Source: an uncultured virus (IMG/VR IMGVR_UViG_3300008120_009089) (lineage: Duplodnaviria > Heunggongvirae > Uroviricota > Caudoviricetes). From it: a DNA stretch of 64,000 nt. The translations under genes were made by a program, and so were the position numbers. Under the pieces are notes generated by a model that did no database searches, was not told where the DNA came from, and saw only the letters and a program-made list of their open reading frames with translations. Positions 40,387-49,891 of the stretch are shown piece after piece. The DNA lies in IMG/VR virus record IMGVR_UViG_3300008120_009089, one strand, 5' to 3'. How positions within the stretch are numbered: the stretch's first letter is position 1; every line of letters starts with the position of its first letter.

Positions 40387-40712
40387 AACAGAATGAATTA
40401 AATTTAGATAACCCAATATTCACCTATTATGTTAATATTGGTGGCATGTCTCGACAAAGAGCAGAGGAGACATTATCAGAAATAGCAAAATCGTTTAATT
40501 ATCAAAATGTAACTATTTGGTTTGTACCAATCCAACAAGGTGATTCTAGAATTGATTGCGTTTATGATGGTCGTATTAGAGAAAGAAGTGAAGAACTAAA
40601 ATCACTAATAGAAGAATTAAATGAGAAAGTTGACATTCTATCAAGAACCAATTCATTTGAGGACTTTAAAATTGAAGTCAGAGATTGGAGATTGAAAAAT
40701 CTATTTAAATAA
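40380..40712 (+). CDS. Small protein with portal-like fragment and C-terminal tag
   Basis: YYVNIGGMSRQRAEETL; ends RDWRLKNLF. Confidence 0.55.
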   Translation: MLEQNELNLDNPIFTYYVNIGGMSRQRAEETLSEIAKSFNYQNVTIWFVPIQQGDSRIDCVYDGRIRERSEELKSLIEELNEKVDILSRTNSFEDFKIEVRDWRLKNLFK

Positions 40713-40739
40713 AAAAAGAGACCTTTCAGTCTCTTTTTT
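40711..40739. terminator. Bidirectional terminator
   Basis: A-run GAGAC-ctttca-GTCTC T-run. Confidence 0.7.
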
Positions 40740-42336
40740 ATATCATTGTTTTTAATGCTTTGAAGAATTCCATTGAATCTTCATAATTCACACCATCAAA
40801 ATTAAATGTGTGTAATTCATCTCTATTTACTCCCGCAAATGTTCTAATATAGTTTAAATCATTATAACTAATATCAGTTTCAATTGTTCTTTTAATATTA
40901 TCAAGATTTCTATTTAATATTTTAAGTGAGTAAAGACTCATAAATTCACTTGATTTAATTTTATTTTTAAAAACTGAACCAACTTCAATGATTTGTTTTA
41001 TCAAATCACCAAATCTACTATCCAATTCTGAAACTAATTTTATTTTAGAATCAATTTCAGTGTTAAACTTACTTTTTAATGACTTATAACTATTCAAATA
41101 TGATTCAATATTTTTAAATCCACTTTTTATATAATTCTCATCTCTATTTTCTTTTATATAAATGACCAGGTTTCTTATTGATGATATCAAACTCAAAAAG
41201 TCGTAATAAGTTCTATCCTGGAGAATTATATTTAATATAAAATAATCAGATAATAAATTACTGAAGAAATCATTTAATTTACTAAAATCAACACCTTCTA
41301 TTGATATACCAGATCTTTTAAATGCTAAGTCTGTATATCTTTTGATATTAATTTCTTTTAATTCCTCATTGGATAAACCATGTGGTCCTCCAATAATACC
41401 AGATTTCAATTCTGTTCTTTTATCTTTAATATCTTTTATTGATTTTGTTTTTAAATCAACTAATTCTATATAGATTCCAAAGTCAGCATCATTTATAATA
41501 TCTTTCATACTACCAGAAGATGATAAATAATCACCACTTACTTTTAGATTAAAATTATCAGGATTTGATTTATCAACTTCAACACCCTCCTTTCCATATG
41601 AGAGTGGTTTATCAGAAGGTGTATATAAACTTAAATAATAATGGTCACCAAAACACGTAGTTGGATTACCTATACCCCAGCTATAACTACCATATTGATT
41701 CCACTCCCTACTATCATCATCTGTTGATCCATCAGCCTCCTCATTATCATGTATAATAAAGATTTTTCTATCTCTTTCTCTTTTCCAAATAGTACCAAAT
41801 GTCATCGGACCTGTCCAATCTGTTGCTTCATCATTATGAACTAAGTCTCTATCTTCACTAAACGGCATATCATATAAAAATGCAATTACTTTATCACCTC
41901 TATTCAATTGATTATAATTATCAACCGTTTTTTCAACAGAAGTTAAGTTACCAGTTTTTGGAATATTTGAAAAATAACCATTTCTAACACGTTCTAATAA
42001 TTCATCCGGAATTTCATTACCCTCTGATAATGAAATAAGTTTGTTTCCGACACCCGAATAACCAACATAACTTCCATCACGATTAAACCAGAATTTTAAT
42101 CCTGAAATATTACTATCTCCCTTTGGGGAAATTTTCCAAATTTTAATTTTAGAACCATATTCAACATTTTGATCTGGTATATCACTAATAGGAATATCTA
42201 AATTTGAAAAAACTTTTAATAGGTCTGATTTAAATTTGGATAAACTCGAATTACTTATATTCTCAGACTTTAAATACTTAATCATCTTGTTTAAGATGTC
42301 TGATGAAAAAGCTTCATATAATTTAATATACTTCAT
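40738..42336 (-). CDS. Paralog 1 of the ~520-aa MKYIKLxEAF family (putative internal head protein)
   Basis: Shares leader, KFW, H.N..DGS..W..YG..SW and ADF blocks with the ORFs at 55153, 56793 and 59374. Confidence 0.7.
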   Translation of the reverse strand: MKYIKLYEAFSSDILNKMIKYLKSENISNSSLSKFKSDLLKVFSNLDIPISDIPDQNVEYGSKIKIWKISPKGDSNISGLKFWFNRDGSYVGYSGVGNKLISLSEGNEIPDELLERVRNGYFSNIPKTGNLTSVEKTVDNYNQLNRGDKVIAFLYDMPFSEDRDLVHNDEATDWTGPMTFGTIWKRERDRKIFIIHDNEEADGSTDDDSREWNQYGSYSWGIGNPTTCFGDHYYLSLYTPSDKPLSYGKEGVEVDKSNPDNFNLKVSGDYLSSSGSMKDIINDADFGIYIELVDLKTKSIKDIKDKRTELKSGIIGGPHGLSNEELKEINIKRYTDLAFKRSGISIEGVDFSKLNDFFSNLLSDYFILNIILQDRTYYDFLSLISSIRNLVIYIKENRDENYIKSGFKNIESYLNSYKSLKSKFNTEIDSKIKLVSELDSRFGDLIKQIIEVGSVFKNKIKSSEFMSLYSLKILNRNLDNIKRTIETDISYNDLNYIRTFAGVNRDELHTFNFDGVNYEDSMEFFKALKTMI

Positions 42337-42367
42337 ATCTTATATATTAAATTATTTTTATAAAAAT

Positions 42368-42400
42368 AAAAAAAACTCACTCTAATGAGTGAGTTTTTTT
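42368..42400. terminator. Rho-independent terminator
   Basis: A8-CTCACTC-taat-GAGTGAG-T7. Confidence 0.85.
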
Positions 42401-42401
42401 A

Positions 42402-42623
42402 TTAACCTCCATAAACATCAATAACTAAACCTCCTCTAACTCGAAAATTTAATCTATTTGTTTTGTTATCTAAAGCGTCAACCATAATAGAATTACCATC
42501 GGTTTCAGTAACTCTTACTATATACCCTCCTTCTTCAGCATATTTAGTAGCTTCTTCCAAAGTTTTACCTTTATATTCTGAAACTGAATATAATCCATTA
42601 TTTCTCAATCTACTTTCAAACAT
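42402..42623 (-). CDS. Small protein resembling potato-inhibitor-I/I78 protease inhibitors
   Basis: GKTLEEA...VRV...D....RLNFRV.GG.V.DV..G. Confidence 0.5.
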   Translation of the reverse strand: MFESRLRNNGLYSVSEYKGKTLEEATKYAEEGGYIVRVTETDGNSIMVDALDNKTNRLNFRVRGGLVIDVYGG

Positions 42624-42652
42624 AATAATCTTTTATTTTTTATATAAAATAT

Positions 42653-43219
42653 TTATTTTAAGTTTAAATATTCTTTAACTTTTAATAACATATAATCTGT
42701 AAAAATATCAGATGCGTTAAGAGAATCTAAATATTTAATATCAACTTTGACTGCCTTACTCATAGCCTCTGCTTTAGAACCATCACCTTTAGCAATCACT
42801 TCATGATAATCTCTTTCATTAAGTGGTAAAATAAATGGATAAAATTTAGCTGTTTGACCTTTACTCGCGAAAAGTGGTCTCAATTCCTCTGGTGAATAAT
42901 CTTCTCTAACTACAATACCAGCTTCTTCTTCCAATTCTCTAAAAAGAGCTGTAAGTGGATCTTCTCCTTTTTCAATACCACCAGCAACTAAAGTTAAGTG
43001 ATATTCAGTACCTTCAACATATTTATATGTTGGTACATATTCATATCTCAGAATAATTTGATTTGTTTCAATTAAAATTGGAATACAGATGATAGCATCA
43101 CCACCTTTTACAATACTCCAATCTTCATACTTAATTATTTTAAATTTATCACCATCAAAAACTACATCATCTTTTGGTTCGGAATTAGTCTTTGGTTTTA
43201 ATCTCGAAAATTTCTCCAT
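42653..43219 (-). CDS. Nudix hydrolase
   Basis: GGIEKGEDPLTALFRELEEEAG Nudix box. Confidence 0.92.
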   Translation of the reverse strand: MEKFSRLKPKTNSEPKDDVVFDGDKFKIIKYEDWSIVKGGDAIICIPILIETNQIILRYEYVPTYKYVEGTEYHLTLVAGGIEKGEDPLTALFRELEEEAGIVVREDYSPEELRPLFASKGQTAKFYPFILPLNERDYHEVIAKGDGSKAEAMSKAVKVDIKYLDSLNASDIFTDYMLLKVKEYLNLK

Positions 43220-43316
43220 TTTAATTATATACTATTTTCTTATATATTAAAAAATGAGTATTGGTTTACTATAATTTCATTTAATAACGAAGTAGTCAAA
43301 ATTAAATATATAATAT

Positions 43317-44072
43317 ATGAAAAAATGTAAAAAATGTGGAGAATATAAAGATCTGATAAACTTTAATAAATTAAAGATATCAAATGATGGATTAAGAACT
43401 CAATGTAAAGATTGTGAAAGAGAATATAGAATTAAAAATAGAGATAAAATGAAAAAATATCTCAATAATTATTATAAAGAAAATAAATATGATTTACTTG
43501 AAAAGTATAAAGAAAAGTACGAGTCAAATAAAGAAGAAATTAATGAAAGACGAAGGAATAGATATAATACAGATCAAGAACTTAGAGATAAAATTTCAAA
43601 TGCTGGTAGAAAATATAGAAAGAATAATTCAGAAAAGGTAAAAATATCTAAACGGAGATACTATGAAGAGAATAAAGATTATATTAGAAATTGGAAAAAG
43701 AAATACTATGAATCCATTAAAGATCTACCAGAACATAAAGAAAAACACAGAAAGTATATTTATAATTGGTCAAGTAAAAATCCACATATAGTAGCTTGGA
43801 GAAACTCACTACGTAGGGTACTATACTATTTTAATATTAAAAAATCAGAGAGTACTATTGATATATTAGGATACTCATCGAAAGAATTTAGAGATAATAT
43901 TGAAAGTAAATTTTTAGAAGGCATGTCTTGGGATAATTGGGGTGAATGGCATATTGATCATATAATACCAGTTAGTAAATTTGATAAAGAAACACCACCA
44001 TCAATAGTCAATTCTTTATCAAATCTACAACCATTATGGGCAATTGATAACTATAAAAAAAGTAATAATTAA
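43317..44072 (+). CDS. HNH homing endonuclease
   Basis: N-terminal CxxC...CxxC, basic helix, HIDHIIP...NLQPLW..DN..K. Confidence 0.85.
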   Translation: MKKCKKCGEYKDLINFNKLKISNDGLRTQCKDCEREYRIKNRDKMKKYLNNYYKENKYDLLEKYKEKYESNKEEINERRRNRYNTDQELRDKISNAGRKYRKNNSEKVKISKRRYYEENKDYIRNWKKKYYESIKDLPEHKEKHRKYIYNWSSKNPHIVAWRNSLRRVLYYFNIKKSESTIDILGYSSKEFRDNIESKFLEGMSWDNWGEWHIDHIIPVSKFDKETPPSIVNSLSNLQPLWAIDNYKKSNN

Positions 44073-44707
44073 AATTTATAGTTTTTAGTAGTCACTCTAC
44101 ATTTAATTTGACTACGTGAATTGTTTTTTGGAGTGTTTCCTATTTCTAATCTAGAATTCTTTCTTTTCAACACAAGACCCTCTAAAAGTTCGTTATTGTA
44201 TGTTAGTTTATCAAACAACACACTAAAATTATTTTCATATGATTTAACACGATAAACATTATCTGAAATTGAATAAAGATATTCTTTTTCTGATTCGTTT
44301 TGACCAAACATTTCATCTAACAATTTAATTCGCTGTTCAAATGTTTTACCAATTAAATAATCACCATCATTAACCAAAATATCAAACAAAATCAATTTAT
44401 GATTAAATGATTTTCTGTTTTCATCTTGTTTATTCTTGTTTAAGTATTCACCATTTAATACAGTCCATCCACCAGTACCTTTATATAAATTGAGTACTTC
44501 TTCATCTTTAATTTCAAATCTAGTAAGTCTATCATTATGTCTATTCATCTTATAAACAACTTCACCATTTGTGAAGATAAGACAGTTTGAACCATTTAAT
44601 TTTGGTTGAGCAACCATCGAACCATTATCATGATAATAAAGTTCAGAACTAGGAATTGCGTTCTCTGGACGAGGCGGGTATAAGTATCTAAATGTTGCGT
44701 ATTTCAT
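44069..44707 (-). CDS. ATP-dependent ligase-like nucleotidyltransferase (adenylation domain only)
   Basis: QPKLNG, LNGEY, LFDIL, EGLVLK, IKCR; no OB domain. Confidence 0.8.
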   Translation of the reverse strand: MKYATFRYLYPPRPENAIPSSELYYHDNGSMVAQPKLNGSNCLIFTNGEVVYKMNRHNDRLTRFEIKDEEVLNLYKGTGGWTVLNGEYLNKNKQDENRKSFNHKLILFDILVNDGDYLIGKTFEQRIKLLDEMFGQNESEKEYLYSISDNVYRVKSYENNFSVLFDKLTYNNELLEGLVLKRKNSRLEIGNTPKNNSRSQIKCRVTTKNYKF

Positions 44708-44732
44708 AATGATTATTTTTTACAAATATAAT

Positions 44733-44766
44733 AAAAAAATCCACACCAAAAAAATTAGTGTGGATT
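44733..44766 (-). terminator. Terminator downstream of the tRNA
   Basis: AATCCACAC/GTGTGGATT stem with a T-run on the minus strand. Confidence 0.7.
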
Positions 44767-44771
44767 ATTTG

Positions 44772-44844
44772 AGGTTGAGGATTGGATTCGAACCAACGTG
44801 CTTGCCTTTGCGGGGCAATCTCTAACCACTCGATACACTCAACC
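44772..44844 (-). tRNA. tRNA-Cys(GCA), atypical
   Basis: GGTTGAG/CTCAACC acceptor, U discriminator, TTGCC-CCGCAAA-GGCAA anticodon arm, GTTGG-TTCGAAT-CCAAT T arm; no encoded CCA. Confidence 0.75.
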
Positions 44845-44845
44845 A

Positions 44846-45028
44846 TTAAAAAGGTAAATCATTGAAATCTTCATCAGAAATAGTTTGAACACTATTCGGA
44901 TTTAGTTGTTCCATATACAATTTATTTTTATGATCTTCCATCAATCTTAAAAAATCATTATATTGATTGATATCCAAAGTTGTATTTTCAATCATATCAT
45001 AAACTATACTATCTACTGAACCATTCAT
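44846..45028 (-). CDS. 60-aa protein ending in an SSB-like acidic tip
   Basis: C-terminus SDEDFNDLPF; TAnnTTTG box upstream. Confidence 0.55.
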   Translation of the reverse strand: MNGSVDSIVYDMIENTTLDINQYNDFLRLMEDHKNKLYMEQLNPNSVQTISDEDFNDLPF

Positions 45029-45061
45029 AACTTATCTCTTTTGTTTTACAAATATAAGGAA

Positions 45062-45469
45062 TTAATTTGAATGTTTATCAATTCTATCAAAAAAATCTCC
45101 AAGAGTTACAGTTGTTTGGTAATTAGGTTCTCTTAAACCTAAAATCATATCTATCTTACGATTTCTCATTTCGGATTTACCATAAACACTTTCCATATCA
45201 ACATAAGTTCCAGGTACACTTGGATCACTGATACGCCAGTTACGAAATGATTTATTGATAACTTTATAACCCCAATCAATTTCCGGTATTTTTATATAAT
45301 CCCATTCAATATACTCCCACTCATACTCATAATCATCATAATCATCATCCCAATCATAATAAAATCCCCACCACCACTGACCATTACAGTGATTATATGG
45401 TCGAATATCAAGTTTGTCAATATCGTTCTCGATTATATCAAATTTACTTTTATATTTTTTCAAAGACAT
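45062..45469 (-). CDS. Hypothetical W/Y/D-rich protein with RNRKIDMIL tag
   Basis: 135-aa ORF. Confidence 0.55.
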   Translation of the reverse strand: MSLKKYKSKFDIIENDIDKLDIRPYNHCNGQWWWGFYYDWDDDYDDYEYEWEYIEWDYIKIPEIDWGYKVINKSFRNWRISDPSVPGTYVDMESVYGKSEMRNRKIDMILGLREPNYQTTVTLGDFFDRIDKHSN

Positions 45470-45972
45470 TATAATATATCATCTAATTTTCTATCTCTTC
45501 TAAAAGAAATTATTTCAGCAATTATCTTACTTTTATTTCCAATAATGACAAACTCTTTCATTAATTTATCTAATACACCAAGTGGAAAATCATCATCCAT
45601 CATATTATACCCACCTGACTCAGTTAATGACTGTTTTAAATAACCATCTTCATCATTATAATCTGTATCATCAAATATATACTCTCCTGATAGCTCCGTT
45701 AAATCAGAAAGAAATGGACTTTCAAATAAATACCCTGTCGGTGGTCTTAAATCAGTCAACCACTCATCAACATAAGTTATGTATATTTTATCCAATTTGT
45801 GTGATGATGTGTAAATCTCATATATATCAGATATATTATCATTTATATAAGTAGATCCTAAACGATGGTAAATTATATAATCACCATTCTCACATCTTAA
45901 ATTATTTAAGTATTCTCTTCCTTGTTCTATACTAAATAACTTTATTGGACTTTCCTCAGTTCCATAATTCAT
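45469..45972 (-). CDS. Hypothetical protein with C-terminal RDRKLDDIL tag
   Basis: 167-aa ORF. Confidence 0.6.
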   Translation of the reverse strand: MNYGTEESPIKLFSIEQGREYLNNLRCENGDYIIYHRLGSTYINDNISDIYEIYTSSHKLDKIYITYVDEWLTDLRPPTGYLFESPFLSDLTELSGEYIFDDTDYNDEDGYLKQSLTESGGYNMMDDDFPLGVLDKLMKEFVIIGNKSKIIAEIISFRRDRKLDDIL

Positions 45973-45975
45973 ATT

Positions 45976-46410
45976 TTACATCAAATTTCTTATATCTATA
46001 TGCGACAATTTTTCTAAGTCGTCATTAGATTTAAAAAGTAAGAATGGAGTTTTAAAATATTTAGAATAAACCTCTGTATCATCAATATGTAAATCTATTC
46101 CCCACTTCTCACAATATTCACCTTTAATACTATCCCACAAATCATTATCAAACTTTCTTTGTGTTGTACCATCAGGGAATTTAATTCTACCCATTTGTTT
46201 AGCACCAATACTTTTCAAATGATCATAAACAGAAAATGAGTGTGTATAGATAACACCACTCTGTTCAACTAAATTTTTTAGCTCATCATTCCAAGTACCA
46301 CCAGTGATGATGTGTACTTCTCCACCCGCATCAATAACACTCTTACTGAGAAAAGCAAATATTTCAGGCTTACTATCAATAACTCCGTGTATATCCAAAC
46401 CTAATTTCAT
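45976..46410 (-). CDS. HAD-superfamily phosphatase-like protein
   Basis: LGLDIHGVI, IITG, K, LHIDD. Confidence 0.75.
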   Translation of the reverse strand: MKLGLDIHGVIDSKPEIFAFLSKSVIDAGGEVHIITGGTWNDELKNLVEQSGVIYTHSFSVYDHLKSIGAKQMGRIKFPDGTTQRKFDNDLWDSIKGEYCEKWGIDLHIDDTEVYSKYFKTPFLLFKSNDDLEKLSHIDIRNLM

Positions 46411-46703
46411 TACTCTAATATTTGGTTTATTTTATTATCTCGCTCTTTTAAAATTATAATAGCCTTCACTTCTTCCAAGTCTAAGATGTAATCCATTATA
46501 TACCTTGGGATTGCCTCTTTTTTATTTGGATCAAAATAATCTATTCTTTTACAATTAGCAAAAGGACTCTTTCTTATCATTTTTTTGAAATTCTCACCTT
46601 CTTCTAATTGAAAAATTTCATGTTTAAGATTCCATGGTGAACTAACAAGTTTACCACTCTCTTTAACAAAGACTCCTATATTTTCAAACTTCACAAAATA
46701 CAT
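46410..46703 (-). CDS. Hypothetical protein with C-terminal RDNKINQIL tag
   Basis: 97-aa ORF, TAnnTTTG box upstream. Confidence 0.6.
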   Translation of the reverse strand: MYFVKFENIGVFVKESGKLVSSPWNLKHEIFQLEEGENFKKMIRKSPFANCKRIDYFDPNKKEAIPRYIMDYILDLEEVKAIIILKERDNKINQILE

Positions 46704-46736
46704 ATTTACAAAAGTAATGAATTGTTTTATTATATC

Positions 46737-47306
46737 CTAATCAGACATTGAAAGTTTTATATTATAAAGAATAACTAAGAAAGTATGTGCTATTTCAGCA
46801 ATAGCCATACCCTTAAACATTGATATTAATATCATTGGAATTATAGCCATGCCAACAGAAAGTATGACATAATGTAACCAATCCTTATAAGAAAGATATT
46901 TTCTATTTAAGTGAGAAAATGAAAAAATTGTTAAAGGATAAAAAAAGAAATATAAACCAGCGGAATAATTATGAATAGCACCCCAATCCATATTATAAAA
47001 CCCAACCATAAATAGACAAATAGAAACAAATGTAAATAATAAGTAAAATATATTTTTATATCTTACTCTTAAATTATTTCTAAGGTATAAAACCGAGTTT
47101 ATGAAAATAGAAATGGCAAAAGTACAAACAGCTGTGTTCCAAACTCTACCCAAAAATCCACTTCTACCCCAAATAGATATCTGAACTTGAGTTATATCAA
47201 ATTTAGTAAATTTCCAGCAAATAAAAAAAACTATAAAAAATAGTAATATTGATATGAATGTCTGTGTTCTTCTAACAACTCTAATTAACTCCTCTCTACT
47301 AGACAT
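46737..47306 (-). CDS. Multi-pass membrane protein (DUF998-like)
   Basis: 5-6 hydrophobic segments; IS.WG and IHNYSA motifs. Confidence 0.65.
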   Translation of the reverse strand: MSSREELIRVVRRTQTFISILLFFIVFFICWKFTKFDITQVQISIWGRSGFLGRVWNTAVCTFAISIFINSVLYLRNNLRVRYKNIFYLLFTFVSICLFMVGFYNMDWGAIHNYSAGLYFFFYPLTIFSFSHLNRKYLSYKDWLHYVILSVGMAIIPMILISMFKGMAIAEIAHTFLVILYNIKLSMSD

Positions 47307-47355
47307 AATAGTAATATGAAAGGTGGTTTATCCACCTTTCATATATATTACTATT
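47307..47355 (-). promoter_or_regulatory. 20-bp hairpin abutting the start codon and containing the late motif
   Basis: Minus strand AATAGTA(ATAT)ATATGAAAGGTGG-ataaa-CCACCTTTCATATTACTATT-ATG. Confidence 0.7.
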
Positions 47356-47362
47356 CAAATAC

Positions 47363-48856
47363 CTATTTTGTCATAGTATCATTATAACAAATTGATACAC
47401 ATTTAATTAATCTACTAATAGTTTCTCTCATTCCTAAGATACTCATAGTAGTCATTAAGTCTGGTCCAGAGATACCACCCACAAGAGCCATTCTCAACCC
47501 TGGCATCACTTTACCCATTTTGATACCATTGTTATTACAAATGTTGTTAATCAAATCTTTGATATCCATTGGAACATCAAAGTTAACACTTGTACAACTC
47601 TTGATAAATCCATCAACATCATTAGAAAATACTGTGATAAAATTATCATCAATTTTTTTAATATCTGTAATAACCGGATCATTAAAGAAAAGGTCAACAA
47701 TTGTATTCAAATCATGTTTGAATTCAGATCTTTCTTTAGCCAAGTCAATGATTTTATTCAACTTATCATCAGAATATCTATCATCCTTAATATTGATAAA
47801 TGGTTTCAAATCGTTATTTGGAGTCATTCTCAAATAATTAGCATTTATCCATTTTGCTTTATCCATATCAAAACGAGCTCCTGATTTATGAACTCTATCT
47901 AAAGAGAATGAATTAATCATATCATCCATAGACATAATTTCAACATCACCTCCTGGGTTCCATCCAATTAACGCCAATGAATTGATAAAAGCTTTTGGAT
48001 CAAATCCTAAATCTTTCCAACCATCAACATAATTACCAGAATCATCTGTGTAACCAAGTGGAGCAATTGGAATACCATATTTCATTGCTGTTCTTTTAGA
48101 TAACTTACCTTTACCATCTGGGTTCATAATTAGTGGCAAATGAGCGAATGTAGGTACATCCCAACCAAATGCCTTATAAAGGATTACATGGAATGGTGTA
48201 CTATTAACCCACTCGTTACCTCTAAGTACGTGAGTAACACCCATATCATGGTCGTCACAAACATTACAAAGATGATAAGAACCAATACCATTTGATTTAA
48301 TCAAAACTTTATCATCTAAAGTATTGGTATTGATTGTGATACTTCCTAAGATAGCATCATCAAAAGTAATATCAACATTAGGTTCAACTGCGAAACGGAT
48401 AACATACGGAACACCACTTTGCAACATTACATCAGTTGATGGATTAGTCAATGAGTTATTCATAGACATACGAGTAGTCGCATCATATTTTAAACCTTTT
48501 GATTTAAGAACTTCTAATTCATCTTTAGTATCAAAAGCGTAATAAGCCAATCCGTTATTTAACAAAAATTTAACTTTATCAGAATAATCTCTTTCTGATT
48601 GTACAAAAGAACCAATTGATGGATCTGGGTTCCAATAAGAACCATCTGGAACTATTCCTAACCAATCACACATATCCTTGAAATAATCGAGAAAAGAAGG
48701 TGTGTAACGATCTCTATCAGTGTCTTCTAACCGCACATAGAACTTCCCACCATTTTTCTTAGCAAGAAAATAGTTATAAATTAAAGTTCTCAAATTTCCA
48801 AGATGCGAGAATGGTCCCGTGGGTGAAGGTGCTATCCTTGTTACAATTTTTGTCAT
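47363..48856 (-). CDS. gltX: Glutamyl-tRNA synthetase
   Basis: RIAPSPTG..HLGN (HIGH-like), RLEDTD, QSER, DDHDMGVTHVLRG.EW, KLSKR, anticodon-binding domain. Confidence 0.95.
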   Translation of the reverse strand: MTKIVTRIAPSPTGPFSHLGNLRTLIYNYFLAKKNGGKFYVRLEDTDRDRYTPSFLDYFKDMCDWLGIVPDGSYWNPDPSIGSFVQSERDYSDKVKFLLNNGLAYYAFDTKDELEVLKSKGLKYDATTRMSMNNSLTNPSTDVMLQSGVPYVIRFAVEPNVDITFDDAILGSITINTNTLDDKVLIKSNGIGSYHLCNVCDDHDMGVTHVLRGNEWVNSTPFHVILYKAFGWDVPTFAHLPLIMNPDGKGKLSKRTAMKYGIPIAPLGYTDDSGNYVDGWKDLGFDPKAFINSLALIGWNPGGDVEIMSMDDMINSFSLDRVHKSGARFDMDKAKWINANYLRMTPNNDLKPFINIKDDRYSDDKLNKIIDLAKERSEFKHDLNTIVDLFFNDPVITDIKKIDDNFITVFSNDVDGFIKSCTSVNFDVPMDIKDLINNICNNNGIKMGKVMPGLRMALVGGISGPDLMTTMSILGMRETISRLIKCVSICYNDTMTK

Positions 48857-48904
48857 ATAGGTAATGTTATTTTTTATATATAATACAAATATAATAACTT
48901 TTTT

Positions 48905-49891
48905 ATGAATACAAAATTTATTTACACACTTTCTGATCCAAATACTGGATTAGTTAGGTATATTGGAAAAACAAATAATATAAAAAGAAGACTAAGAGGT
49001 CATCTATCTAACAATAGCCTATCCGAAAACACAAAGAAGAACAATTGGATAATCTCACTACTAAGAAACAAATCTATTCCGATAATAGAAGTATTGGATG
49101 AAGTAAACTCAGAAGATATTGATTTTTATGAGGTTTTTTATATTTCACTATTTAAAACATGGGGATTTGATTTATTAAATGGTACTGAAGGTGGTGATGG
49201 ATACGACTGGACTGGTAGAAAGCACAATGATCAATCAAAACTAAAAAATAAAATAAACAGCCCACATAGAAAATCTGTAGCTCAATTTGATTTAGATGGT
49301 AATCTAATAAAAGAGTATCATTCTTTGAGAGAAGCTGCTTTATCAGTAAATGGTAATAGAGCTCATATATCTAGAGTTTGTCACGGTAAACAAAAAACAT
49401 CAGCTGGCTTCAAATGGTCATTCATAGATAGAATAAATAATTATGATATACAAGAACAAAAAGATAGAATTATAAAATATGAAAAACCCAGAATTGATAG
49501 TAGAATGAAAAAGATCCAAGTATTCGATTTGGATGGTAATCTATTGGATATTTGTAGAAGTGTAAATGAAACATCAACTAAATATAATTGCCACCGACTT
49601 TTGATAGAAAAATGTTGTGTATATAAAGGATACTATCAAACAAAAAATCTAACCTTTAGATATGATGGTGATATATTTGATTATACACCTTACAAACATT
49701 ATAGAAAAAACAAATCTTATAAAATCGGAATATTTTCAGATAATGATGATTTAATAAAATCATTCAACTCATTAAGGGAAGTTGTTGATTACACCGGAAT
49801 TGGTAAGCAATATATATCAAAATCTTGTAAAGAAAATGGTATCAATGGACAAAAAAAGTTAAAAAGTTATATCTTCCGTTTTATTAATTAA
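48905..49891 (+). CDS. GIY-YIG homing endonuclease with NUMOD-type repeats
   Basis: FIYTL...RYIGKT, N..EGGDG, repeated QFDLDGNLIKEY.S..EA units. Confidence 0.88.
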   Translation: MNTKFIYTLSDPNTGLVRYIGKTNNIKRRLRGHLSNNSLSENTKKNNWIISLLRNKSIPIIEVLDEVNSEDIDFYEVFYISLFKTWGFDLLNGTEGGDGYDWTGRKHNDQSKLKNKINSPHRKSVAQFDLDGNLIKEYHSLREAALSVNGNRAHISRVCHGKQKTSAGFKWSFIDRINNYDIQEQKDRIIKYEKPRIDSRMKKIQVFDLDGNLLDICRSVNETSTKYNCHRLLIEKCCVYKGYYQTKNLTFRYDGDIFDYTPYKHYRKNKSYKIGIFSDNDDLIKSFNSLREVVDYTGIGKQYISKSCKENGINGQKKLKSYIFRFIN

